Assembly: GCA_002269645.1 (NCBI GenBank)
Contig: NIVC01000195.1
Location: 496,001 to 560,000, forward strand
DNA length: 64,000 nt
Direction of reading: 5' to 3'
Source: Macrostomum lignano
Taxonomy: Eukaryota
The notes under the pieces were generated by a model. That model made no database searches. It saw only the letters and a list, made by a program, of their open reading frames with translations, and was not told the origin of the DNA. The position numbers and the translations under genes were made by a program. Below are positions 1-11,818 of this stretch, in pieces (position 1 is the first letter of the stretch; the number at the start of each line of letters is the position of its first letter).

Positions 1-437
1 GGCTTGCTATCTGGGTGGATGCTTTTATCCAGGGGATGCTTCTATTTGGGGGATGCTTGCTATCTGCAAGATGCTTGCTATCTGGGTGGATGCTTGCTAG
101 GAGTATTAGGGGATGCTTGCTATCTGCGGTTGCTTACTTTTGGAGGCGGGTTCTTGCTACTGGGGGGATGCTTACTGTCTTGGGAATATTTTCTATTTAG
201 GGGTAATGACTGTGATCTTTGTGAAAGCTATATTTTCTTGTCTGTTTGTTAATTTTAGAAAAAAAAAGATTCATAGCAAATATTATTGTCCATGACAATT
301 TTAAATGAATAAGGTGATTTTTAAAAGTGATGAAGGACTTAGTTTTTAAGAAAATGTGCTTTTTAATTGATTTCCATAAGCTATTTTTGCTTCGTTCTTA
401 TTGGGCGCCCCGAAGGGGGGCCGCACTAGATTGCTAG
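1..437 (+). mobile_element. 3' remnant of a non-autonomous Helitron-like element (degenerate 18-bp satellite, then 3' terminus)
   Basis: GGGGATGCTTGCTATCT-type units at 1-180; hairpin CCCC-GAA-GGGG (408-418); CTAG at 434-437 directly followed by the next TC start. Confidence 0.7.
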
Positions 438-1037
438 TCCTATATACTAAAAATGAAAATCTTGCTTGCTTGCAATCGATTAGAGAAAAAATGGCTTAAC
501 CGATTTTCATGAGACTTGCACTGTTCGATCAGAAATTTTCCCGTGACGGTACATGCATCGTGGCTAAGAAATTGCTCGATGCTAAAGGCATTAAATACTC
601 GAAAAACATGCTTTTTTGCAAAGGTCAAGCAAACTTTTCGACTTGAAATGCATTGTAAGAATGCTAGAGAAAAAACTGACTGGTTGAATTCTGATTCTGA
701 AATAGATTGCATCATAACTGAATTGTAACTCCGACTTGAATTGCGTCACAGTATTGAAAATGCAGTGTGGAAGCGTAGCACCAGACTTGATTTAGATTGC
801 GTAACCATATTCTCAACTTTAATTGAGACTGATACTGACTTGCCTGGGAAATTGATTATGAACTGATTCGTGAGTGAGTGTTGAATTATATAAGTGCTAC
901 AATTTCATTTATAAATTCGATAATAGCTAGCCTAGAAGTGAACAGACTGGACTGCAAATGCAGCTACCTGGGTTCGAATCTAAGTAGTGAAAAGTTTTTT
1001 ATTAAAACCTTTTATTAAAGGACAAATAAAGGACAAA

Positions 1038-2358
1038 AGGCGTCAGGTAAAAAAGCATAGAAGCGTCATGTAAAAAATCATAGAAGCGTCATGTAAAAAT
1101 CATAGAAGCGTCATGTAAACAATCATGAAAGCGTCATGAAAAAATCATAGAAGCGTCATGTAAAAAATCAAAGAAGCGTCATGTAAAAAATCATGAAAGC
1201 GTCATGAAAAAATCATAGAAGCGTCATGAAAAAATCATGGAAGCGTCATGAAAAAATCATGGAAGCGTCATGTAAAAAATCATAGAAGCGTCATGTAAAA
1301 AATCATAGAAGCGTCATGTAAACAATCATAGAAGCGTCATGTAAACAATCATAGAAGCGTCATGTAAAAATCAAAGAAGCGTCATGTAAAAAATCATAGA
1401 AGCGTCATGTAAACAATCATAGAAGCGTCATGTAAACAATCATGAAAGCGTCATATAAACAATCATAGAAGCGTCATGAAAAAATCATGAAAGCGTCATG
1501 AAAAAATCATAGAAGCGTCATGTAAAAAATCAAAGAAGCGTCATATAAAAAATCATAGAAGCGTCATGTAAAAAATCATAGAAGCGTCATGTAAACAATC
1601 ATAGAAGCGTCATGTAAAATATCATAGAAGCGTCATGTAAACAATCTTGAAAGCGTCATGTAAAAAATCATAGAAGCGCCATGTAAAAAATCATAGAAGC
1701 GTCATGTAAACAATCATAGAAGCGTCATGTAAAAAATCATAGAAGCGTCATGTAAAAAATTCATAGAAGCGTCATGTAAACAATCATGAAAGCGTCATAA
1801 AGAAATCATAGAAGCGTCATGCAAAATTATAGAAGCGTCATGTAAAAAATCATAGAAGCGTCATGTAAAATATCATAGAAGCGTAATGTAAAAAATCATG
1901 AAAGCGTCATGAAAAAATCATAGAAGCGTCATGTAAAATATCATAGAAGCGTCATGTAAAAAATCATAGAAGCGTCATGTAAAAGATCATAGAAGCGTCA
2001 TGTAAACAATCATAGAAGCGTCATGAAAAAATCATGAAAGCGTCATGAAAAAATCATAGAAGCGTCATGTAAAAAATCAAAGAAGCGTCATATAAAAAAT
2101 CATAGAAGCGTCATGTAAAAAATCATAGAAGCGTCATGTAAACAATCATAGAAGCGTCATGTAAAATATCATAGAAGCGTCATGTAAACAATCTTGAAAG
2201 CGTCATGTAAAAAATCATAGAAGCGCCATGTAAAAAATCATAGAAGCGTCACGTAAGCAATCATAGAAGCGTCATATAAAAAATCATAGAAGCTTCATGT
2301 AAAAAATCATAGAAGCGTCATGTAAAAAATCATAGAAGCGTCATGTAAAAAAATCATA
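1038..2358 (+). repeat. 23-bp satellite a, unit AATCATAGAAGCGTCATGTAAA(C/A)
   Basis: Direct tandem units. Further arrays at 4058-5640, 7456-8178, 14689-15410 and 30741-31461, and inverted at 9836-10293 and 17071-17527. Confidence 0.95.
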
Positions 2359-3225
2359 CTGACATCAAAAATCAAGTGACAAAAAAAATGTCAGACATGA
2401 AAGAAGTGTCATGTAAAAATTAAATGCAGCTATAATGCTGTGCTGGGGAGAAAAACTGAGACGTCAAGGCTCTCAGAGAATAACTGAGATTACGGGGGGG
2501 GGTTTCTGAGATGTCAAAGCAAAAGTCAGAAGCTACTTCAAAGTACATGTACTTTACTCAATTTTTTTATTACATTCTTTGTTGGCTCGCCACGGGGGGG
2601 GGGCGCTGATAGAAGAAGAGTCATGTAAAAAATAAAAGTAGCACTATGTATACATAAAAGAAAAGTCATGTCGAAGTTAAAAGATTCATTTGGGAATTGC
2701 TACGATGTCAAAGCTTGGTGGAAATCGTTATAGTGCTGTGATTCTTGAAGAAAGAATCACTAAATTTTCAAGGCTTAGGGGAGAAGAATTGCTGAGATTT
2801 CAAGGCTTTAGGTTGGGTTAAAGTTAGGTTTAGGTCAGGTGTGGGTTGAGGGTTATATTTTATCGGGTTTCAAGGTTAACAGGGGATTTTTCAGATATCA
2901 AGGTTTATGGGGGGCATTGCTGACATGTCAAGGCTTACGGGGGAATAGCTGAGATGTCAAGGCTCATGGGGGAATAAATGAGATTTCAAGGCTAAAGTCA
3001 GAAGCTACATGTAGTCCATTGAAAACTTTTTTTCTTTATTTGTTGGCTCCTCATGGGAGGGATCGCTGATAGAAAAAGCGTAATGTAAAAAATAAAAGAA
3101 GCTTCATGTCGAAGTTAAGAGATTCATTTGGGAATCCCTACGATGTTGAGGCTTGCAAGGAATCGCTTTAATGCTGTAGTAGTGCTATAATGACTGTTAA
3201 AGAGAATTACTGAAATGTCAATGCT

Positions 3226-3277
3226 TTAGGGTTAGGGTTAGGGTTAGGGTTAGGGTTAGGGTTAGGGCTAGGGTTAG
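3226..3277 (+). repeat. Interstitial (TTAGGG)n tract inside the Helitron 3' module
   Basis: About 8 units. Homologous tracts at 6542-6609, 9076-9131, 13778-13846, 16312-16367 and 32404-32437; (CCCTAA)n at 25396-25420 and 26589-26616. Confidence 0.9.
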
Positions 3278-3431
3278 CTAGTCAAGGGGGTTGATATGCT
3301 AAGGCTTGTGGGGGGATTTTCTGACATGTCAAGGCTTACAAGGTATAATGCAAAGAGACGCTTACATGTAGTTTATTAAAAAAAACTTGTACTGCATTTT
3401 TGGCTCCCCAACGGGGGGCGCTGATTGCTAG

Positions 3432-6400
3432 TCCTAAATACTAAAAATGGTCTGTCTGTGTCTATCTATCTATCTATCTATGTGATCGATTAGAGAAAAA
3501 ATGGCTGGACCGATTTTGTTCGAACTTGCACTGTTCGATTAGAAATTTTCCCGTGACTGTACATGCATCGTGGCTAAGAAATTGCTCGATGCTAAAGCGA
3601 TTAAATATTCGAAAAACATGCTTTTTTGCAAAGGTCAAGCAAACTTTTCGACTTGAAATGCATTGTAAGAATGCTAGAGAAAAAACTGACTGGTTGAATT
3701 CTGATTCTGAAATAGATTGCATCATAACTGAATTGTAACTCCGACTTGAATTGAAAATGCAGTGTGGAAGCGTAGCACCAGACTTGATTTAAATTGCGTA
3801 ACCATATTGTTAACTGATACTGACTGACTGAGAAACTGATTATGTCATAACTGCTTCGTGTGATTTACTCTATGCTTAGATTTTAAAGTGTTGAATTATA
3901 TAAGTGCAAAATTTGATGTTATCAAAACGACGAGAGCTAGCCTAGAGGTGAACAAACTGAACTGCTAAATGCAGCGACGATGATTCGAATTTTCATAGAG
4001 TATAATTTTTTTAATTAAAGCTTTTCAACGTCAGGAAAACTAAAAGACTTTTTAAAAAGAAGCGTCATGTAATGAATCATAGAAGCGTCATGTAAAAAAT
4101 CATAGAAGCGTCATGTAAACAATCATAAAAGCGTCATGTAAAAAATCGTAGAAGCATCATATAAAAATCGTAGAAGCGTCATTTAAAAAATCATAGAAGC
4201 GTCATGTAAACAATCATAAAAGCGTCATGTAAAAAATCGTAGAAGCGTCATATAAAAATCGTAGAAGCGTCATTTAAAAAATCATAGAAGCGTCATGTAA
4301 ACAATCATAGAAGCGTCATGTAAACAATCATAGAAGCGTCATGTAAAAATCATAGAAGCGTCATGTAAACAGTCATAGAAGCGTCATGTAAAAAATCATA
4401 AAAGCGTCATTTTAAAAAATGATAGAAGCGTCATGTAAAAATCATAGAAGCGTCATGTAAACAATCATAGAAGCGTCATGTAAAAATCATAGAAGCGTCA
4501 TGTAAACAATCATAGAAGCGTCATGTAAACAATCATAGAAGCGTCATTTAAAAAATCATAGAAGCGTCATATAAACAATCATAGAAGCGTCATGTAAAAA
4601 ATCATAGAAGCGTCATTTAAAAAATCATAGAAGCGTCATGTAAAAATCATAGAAGCGTCATGTAAACAATCATAGAAGCGTCATATAAACAATCATAGAA
4701 GCGTCATGTAAACAATCATAGAAGCGTCATGTAAAAAATCATAGAAGCGTCATCTAAAAATCATAGAAGCGTCATGTAATGAATCATAGAAGCGTCATGT
4801 AAAAAATCATAAAAGCGTCATGTAAAAAAATCGTAGAGGCGTCATATAAAAATCATAGAAGCGTCATGTAAACAATCATAGAAGCGTCATGTAAAAATCA
4901 TAAAAGCGTCATGTAAACAATCATAGAAGCGTCATGTAAAAAATCATAGAAGCGTCATGTAAACAATCATAGAAGCGTCATGTAAACAATCATAGAAGCT
5001 TTATGTAATGAATCATAGAAGCGTCATCTAAAAATCATAGAAGCGTCATGTAATGAATCATAGAAGCGTCATGTAAAAAATCATAAAAGCGTCATGTAAA
5101 AAATCGTAGAAGCGTCATATAAAAATCATAGAAGCGTCATGTAAACAATCATAGAAGCGTCATGTAAAAATCATAAAGCGTCATGTAAACAATCATAGAA
5201 GCGTCATGTAAACAATCATAGAAGCGTCATGTAAACAATCATAGAAGCGTCATGTAAAATCATAGAAGCGTCATCTAAAAATCATAGAAGCGTCATGTAA
5301 TGAATCATAGAAGCGTCATGTAAAAAATCATAAAGCGTCATGTAAAAAAATCGTAGAAGCGTCATATAAAAATCATAGAAGCGTCATGTAAACAATCATA
5401 GAAGCGTCATGTAAAAAATCATAGAAGCGTCATTTAAAAAATCATAGAAGCGTCATGTTAACAATCATAAAAGCGTCATGTAAAAAATCGTAGAAGCGTC
5501 ATATAAAAATCATAGAAGCGTCATGTAAACAATCATAGAAGCGTCATGTAAACAATCATAGAAGCGTCATGAAAAAATCATAGAAGCGTCATGTTAAAAT
5601 CATAGAAGCGTCATGAAAAAATCATAGAAGCGTCATTTGAAAACTAATGAAAGTGTCATTTAAAAAATTAAGAAGCATCATGGTAGAAGAAAAGAAGCGT
5701 CATGTCAGACATGAAGGGTGTCATGGAAAAATTAAATCCAGCTATAATGCTGTGCTGGGGAGAAAAACTGAGACGTCAAGGCTCTCAGAGAATAACTGAG
5801 ATTACGGGGGGGTGAGATGTCAAAGCATGTCAAAGCAAAAGTCAGAAGCTAATTCAAAGTTCATGTACTTTACTCAATTTTTTTATTGCATTCTTTGTTG
5901 GCTCGCCACGGGGGGGCACTGATAGAAGAAGAGTCATGTAAAAAATAAAAGTAGCACTATGTATACATAAAAGAAAAGTCATGTCGAAGTTAAAAGATTC
6001 ATTTGGGAATTGCTACGATGTCAAAGCTAGGTGGAAATCGTTATAGTGCTGTGATTCCTAAAGAAGGAATCACTAAAATGTCAAGGCTTAGGGGAGAAGA
6101 ATTGCTGAGATTTCAAGGCTTTATGTTGGGTTAAAGTTAGGTTTAGGTCAGGTGTGGGTTGAGGGTTACATTTTATCAGGTTTCAAGGTTAGCAGGGGAT
6201 TTTTCAGATTTCAAGGTTTATGGGCGCCATCGCTGACATGTCAAGGCTTACGGGGGAATAGCTGAGATGTCAAGGCTCACGGGGGTATAAATGAGATTTC
6301 AAGGCTAAAGTCAGAAGCTACATGTAGTTTATTGAAAACTTTTTATTACATTATTTGATGCCTCCTCAGGGGAGTGATCGCTGATTAAAAAAGCGTAATG

Positions 6401-6837
6401 TAAAAAAATAAAAGAAGCTTCATGTCGAAGTTAAGAGATTCATTTGGGAATCCCTACGATGTCGAGGCTTGCAGGGAATCGCTATAATGCTGTAGTAGTG
6501 CTATAATGACTCTTAGAGAGAATTACTGAAATTTCAATGCTTTAGGGTTAGGTTAGGGTTAGGGTTAGGGTTAGGGTTAGGGTTAGGGTTAGGCTAGGGT
6601 TAGGGTTAGAAGGTTGACAGATATTTTTAGATTTCCAAGGCTTATTGGGGGCATTGCTGAGATGTCAAGGGGGGAAGTTGATATGTTAAAGCTTGTAGGG
6701 GGGGGGGGGAATTACTGACATGTCAAGGGTTACAAGGTTTGACAGGAGATTTTTTAAGATTTCAAGAATACATGTAGCTTATTAAAAAAATATGTATTGC
6801 ATTTCTTTGGCTCCCCAACGGGGGCGTAGATTGCTAG
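3432..6837 (+). mobile_element. Non-autonomous Helitron-like element B
   Basis: 5' TCCTAAATACTAAAAATG followed by a (TCTA)n microsatellite; satellite a 4058-5640; TTAGGG tract 6542-6609; hairpin and CTAG 6834-6837. Confidence 0.85.
4058..5640 (+). repeat. 23-bp satellite a array in element B
   Basis: Tandem AATCATAGAAGCGTCATGTAAA(C/A) units. Confidence 0.95.
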
Positions 6838-9362
6838 TCCTATATACTAAAAATGAAAATCTTGCTTGTTGGTTTGTTTGTACGCAATCGATTAGAGAAA
6901 AAATGGCTGGACCGATTTTCATGAGACTTGCACTGTTCGATCAGAAATTTTCCCGTGACGGTACATGCATCTTGGCTAAGAAATTGGTCCATGTTAAAGC
7001 GATTAAATATTCGAAAAACATGCTTTTTTGCAAAGGTCAAGCAAACTTTTCGACTTGAAATGCATTGTAATAATGCTAGAGAAAAAACTGACTGGTTGAA
7101 TTCTGATTCTGAAATAGGTTGCATCATAACTGAATTGTAACTCCAGCTTGAATTGCGTCACAGTATTGAAAATGCAGTGTGGAAGCGTAGCACCAGACTT
7201 GATTTAGATTGCGTAACCATATTCTCAACTTTAATTGAGACTGATACTGACTTGCCTGGGAAATTGATTATGTCATAACTGCTTCGTGAGTGAGTGTTGA
7301 ATTATATAAGTGCTACAATTTCATTTATAAATTCGATAAGAGCTAGCCTAGATGTGAACAGACTGGACTGCAAATGCAGCGACCTGGGTTCGAATCTTAG
7401 TAGTGAAAAGTTTTTTATTAAAAGCTATTATTCAAGGACAAATAAAGGACAAAAGGCGTCATGTAAAAAATCATAGAAGCATCATTTAAAAAATCATAGA
7501 AGCATCATTTAAAAAATCATAGAAGCATCATTTAAAAAATCATAGAAGCATCATTTAAAAAATCATAGAAGCGTCATGTAAAAAATCATAGAAGCGTTAT
7601 GTAAACAATCATAGAAGCGTCATTTAAAAAATCATAGAAGCGTCATGTAAACAATCATAGAAGCGTCATGTAAACAATCATAGAAGCGTCATGTAAACAA
7701 TCATAGAAGCGTCATGTAAACAATCATAGAAGCGTCATGTAAACAATCATAGAAGCGTCATGTAAACAATCATAGAAGCGTCATGTAAACAATCATAGAA
7801 GCGTCATGTAAAAAATCATAGAAGCGTCATGTAAAAAATCATAGAAGCGCCATTTAAAAAATCATAGAAGCGTCATATAAAAATCGTAGAAGCGTCATGT
7901 AAACAATCATAGAAGCGTCATGTAAACAATCATAGAAGCGTCATGTAAACAATCATAGAAGCGCCATGTAAAAAATCATAGAAGCGTCATGTAAACAATC
8001 ATAGAAGTGTCATGTAAAAAATCGTAGAAGCGTCATGTAAACAATCATAGAAGCGTCATGTAAACAATCATAGAAGCGTCATGTAAACAATCATAGAAAC
8101 GTCATATAAAAATCATAGAAGCGTCATGTAAAAATCATAGAAGCGTCAAGAAAAAATCATAGAAGCCTCATTTAAAAACTAATGAAAGTGTCATTTAAAA
8201 AATTAAGAAGCGTCACGGTAGAATAAAAGAAACGTCATGTCAGACATGAAGGGTTCATGTAAAAATTAAATGCAATTATAGTGCTGTGCTGGGGAGAAAA
8301 ACTGAGACGTCAAGGCTCACAGAGAATAACTGAGATTACAGGGGGGGGGGTTCTGAGATGTCAAAGCAAAAGTCAGAAGCTACTTCAAAGTTCATGTACT
8401 TTACTCAATTTTTTAATTACATTCTTTGTTGGCTCGCCACGGGGGGGGCGCTGATAGAAGAAGAGTCATGTAAAAAATAAAAGTAGCACTATGTATACAT
8501 AAAAGAAAAGTCATGTCGAAGTTAAAAGATTCATTTGGGAATTGCTACGATGTCAAAGCTTGGTGGAAATCGTTATAGTGCTGTGATTCTTAAAGAAGGA
8601 ATCACTAAAATGTCAAGGCTTAGGGGAGAAGAACTGCTGAGATTTCAAGGCTTTAGGTTGGGTTAAAGTTAGGTTTAGGTCAGGTGTGGGTTGAGGGTTA
8701 TATTTTATCGGGTTTCAAGGTTAACAGGGGTTTTTTTAGATTTCAATGTTTATGGGGGCCATTGCTGACATGTCAAGGCTTACGGGGGGAATAGCTGAGA
8801 TGTCAAGGCTCACGGGGGTATAAATGAGATTTCAAGGCTTAAGTCAGAAGCTACATGTAGTTTATTGAAAACTTTTTATTACATTATTTGATGCCTCCTC
8901 AGGGGAGGGATCGCTGATAAAAAAGCGTAATGTAAAAAATAAAAGAAGCTTCATGTCGAAGTTAAGAGATTCATTTGGGAATCCCTACGATGTTGAGGCT
9001 TGCAGGGAATCGCTATAATGCTGTAGTAGTGCTATAATGACTCTTAGAGAGAATTATTACTGAAAATTCAATGCTTTAGGGTTAGGTTAGGGTTAGGGTT
9101 AGGGTTAGGGTTAGGCTAGGGTTAGGGTTAGAAGGTTGACAGATATTTTTAGATTTCCAAGGCTTATTTGGGCCATTGCTGAGATGTCAAGGGGGGAAGT
9201 TGATATGTTAAAGCTTGTGGGGGGGATAACTGACATGTCAAGGCTTACAATGTTTGACAGAAGATTTTTTAAGATTTCAAGGATACCCTGGTACATGTAG
9301 CTTATTAAAAAAAACGTGTATTGCATTTCTTTGGCTCCCCAACGGGGGGCGTAGATTGCTAG
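6838..9362 (+). mobile_element. Non-autonomous Helitron-like element C
   Basis: 5' TCCTATATACTAAAAATG; satellite a 7456-8178; TTAGGG 9076-9131; hairpin 9334-9350, 8-nt spacer, CTAG 9359-9362 followed by T. Confidence 0.85.
7337..7416 (+). promoter_or_regulatory. tRNA-like A-box/B-box cassette with a downstream T6 run, in the Helitron core
   Basis: TAGCCTAGATG (A-box-like, 7344); anticodon-like arm CTGGA-CTGCAAA-TGCAG (7363-7379, 4 of 5 pairs); T arm CTGGG-TTCGAAT-CTTAG (7384-7400); TTTTTT 7411-7416. Copies at ~921, 3935, 12290, 14570, 19555, 28428, 30628, 38618 and 44298. Confidence 0.6.
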
Positions 9363-10920
9363 TTAAAGCTAAAGTTATTTCTACAAAACTGCTAATAAAT
9401 TGGTCAAAGTCAAGAATCGTTTAACCAATGCGATGTACAAGCATTGAAAAGTCGCCACTCTATGCGCCAGTGACTATTCTGAAATGAAAGTTAGGAGAAA
9501 ACTGAGGGGTATCTTTAATCCGTTCAACCCTCAAACACCGCTCCCCCCACTTCATTCTACCCAAGTCTGCCGCGTGGCGTATGCTGTTGCGTCACTCGCA
9601 AAATTGAGAGACCTTACCTGCACTGTCAAAAGTGGCGATCACAGACGGAAATTTCAGCTCTAGGCTAGCTCTCATCGAAGTTATAAGTGAATTTCTAGCA
9701 CTTATATTCAACACTCACACCGAGTCATGTAGAGTAAAAGTCACACGAAGCAGTTGACATAATCAATTTCTTAGGCAAGTCAGTACCAGTGTCTATAAAA
9801 GTTAACAATATGGTTACGCAATATAAATTGACTCTTATATGATTTTTTTCATGACGCTTCTATGATTGTTTACATGACGCTTCTATGATTTTTTTAAAAG
9901 ACGCTTCTATGATTTTTTCATGACGCTTTTATGATTTTTACATAACGCTTTTATGATTGTTTACATGACGCTTCTATGATTTTTTACATGACGCTTCTAT
10001 GATTGTTTACATGACGCTTCTATGATTGTTTACATGACGCTTTTATGATTTTTTACATGACGCTTCTATGATTGTTTACATGACGCTTGTATGATTTCTA
10101 TATGACGCTTCTATGATTGTTTACATGACGCTTCTATGATTGTTTACATGACGCTTCTATGATTTTTTAAATGACGCTTCTACGATTTTTATATGACGCT
10201 TCTACGATTTTTTACATGACGCTTTTATGATTTTTTACATGACGCTTCTATGATTTTTTACATGACGCTTCTATGATTTTTACATGACGCTTCTTTTTAA
10301 AAAGTCTTTTAGTTTTCTTGACGTTGAAAAGCTTTAATTAAAAAAATTATACTCTATGAAAATTCGAACCATCGTCGCTGCATTTAGCAGTTCAGTTTGT
10401 TCACCTCTAGGCTAGCTCTCATCGTTTTGATAACATCAAATTTTGCACTTATATAATTCAACACTTTAAAATCCAAGCATAGAGTAAATCACACGAAGCA
10501 GTTATGACATAATCAGTTTCTCAGTCAGTCAGTATCAGTTAACAATATGGTTACGCAATTTAAATCAAGTCTGGTGCTACGCTTCCACACTGCATTTTCA
10601 ATTCAAGTCGGAGTTACAATTCAGTTATGATGCAATCTATTTCAGAATTAGAATTCAACCAGTCAGTTTTTTCTCTAGCATTCTTACAATGCATTTCAAG
10701 TCAAAAAGTTTGCTTGACCTTTGCAAAAAAGCATGTTTTTCGAATATTTAATGCCTTTAGCATCGAGCAATTTCTTAGCCACGATGCATGTACAGTCACG
10801 GGAAAATTTCTAATCGAACAGTGCAAGTTCGAAAAAAATCGGTCCAGCCATTTTTTCTCTAATCGATCACATAGATAGATAGATAGATAGACACAGACAG
10901 ACCATTTTTAGTATATAGGA
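9363..10920 (-). mobile_element. Helitron-like element D, inverted B-type 5' core plus satellite a; 3' end not canonical
   Basis: Reverse complement starts TCCTATATACTAAAAATGGTCTGTCTG at 10920; reverse satellite a ~9836-10293; second partial core ~9650-9830; no clear terminal hairpin, so the lower boundary is uncertain. Confidence 0.7.
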
Positions 10921-11818
10921 CTAGCAATCTTCGCCCCCGTTGGGGGACATCTGTATAGAACCTCTGTTCTCTACAAGTAACAAAAAGATAGCCAAAAAAA
11001 GCCTTCGCAAAGAAAACAGACAAAATACTCAAAGGAAGTGCAATGCAAAAAGAAATCATTCCAAGACAGCAAGCATCCCCCAGATAGCAAGCATCCTCCA
11101 GATAGCAAGCAACCCCCGGATAGCAAGCATCCCCAGATAGCAAGCATCCCCCAGATAGCAAGCATCCCCAGATAGCAAGCATCCCCTAGATAGCAAGCAT
11201 CCCCCAGATAGCAAGCATCCCCCAGATAGCAAGCATCCCTCAGATGGCAAGCATCCCCCAGATAGCAAGCATCCCCAGATAGCAAGCATCCCCAAGATAG
11301 CAAGCATCCCCCAGATAGCAAGCATCCCCCAGATAGCAAGCATCCTCCAGATTGCAAGCAACCCCCGGATAGCAAGCATCCCCCAGACAGCAAGCATCCC
11401 CTAGATAGCAAGCATCCTCCAGATTGCAAGCAACCCCGATAGCAAGCATCCCCCAGATAGCAAGCATCCCCTAGATAGCAAGCATCCCCCAGATAGCAAG
11501 CATCCCCCAGATAGCAAGCATCCCTCAGATAGCAAGCATCCCCCAGATAGCAAGCATCCCCAGATAGCAAGCATCCCCAGATAGCAAGCATCCCCAGATA
11601 GCAAGCATCCCCCAGATAGCAAGCATCCCCCAGATAGCAAGCATCCCCCAGATAGCAAGCATCCCCCAGATAGCAAGCATCCCCAGATAGCAAGCATCCC
11701 CCAGATAGCAACATCCCCAGATAGCAAGCATCCCCAGATAGCAACCATCCCCAGATAGCAAGCATCCCCCAGATAGCAAGCATCCCTCAGATAGCAAGCA
11801 TCCCCCAGATAGCACGCA
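10921..11818 (-). mobile_element. Helitron-like 3' fragment E (18-bp satellite plus 3' terminus), inverted
   Basis: Minus-strand GTCCCCC-AAC-GGGGGCGA-AGATTG-CTAG ending at 10921, joined head-to-tail to D; homologous to the 3' ends at 24300-24439, 43680-43819 and 47595-47736. Confidence 0.8.
11065..11818 (-). repeat. 17/18-bp satellite, unit GGGG(G)ATGCTTGCTATCT, minus strand
   Basis: Tandem CCCCCAGATAGCAAGCAT units. Confidence 0.95.

Larger units (their letters stand above)
438..3431 (+). mobile_element. Non-autonomous Helitron-like element A (core, 23-bp satellite a, TTAGGG-bearing 3' module)
   Basis: 5' TCCTATATACTAAAAATG at 438; 3' hairpin GCTCCCC-AAC-GGGGGGC and CTAG at 3428-3431. 5'-TC and 3'-hairpin-CTRR are established Helitron hallmarks. 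Confidence 0.85.

Noticed and set aside
440-728. Recurrent 60-95-aa ORFs in the Helitron core (MMQSISESEF..., MHCSIRNF...)
   Set aside because: They recur because the core is repeated. Starts, ends and frames vary between copies and there are no HUH or helicase motifs. A dN/dS test across copies would be needed to revive the idea.
3226-3277. True telomere or chromosome end
   Set aside because: The tracts are short, internal, and flanked by the same element sequence on both sides.
7337-7407. Functional tRNA-Cys gene
   Set aside because: No acceptor stem and a poor D arm; the sequence is embedded in a mobile repeat. Kept only as a tRNA-like cassette.
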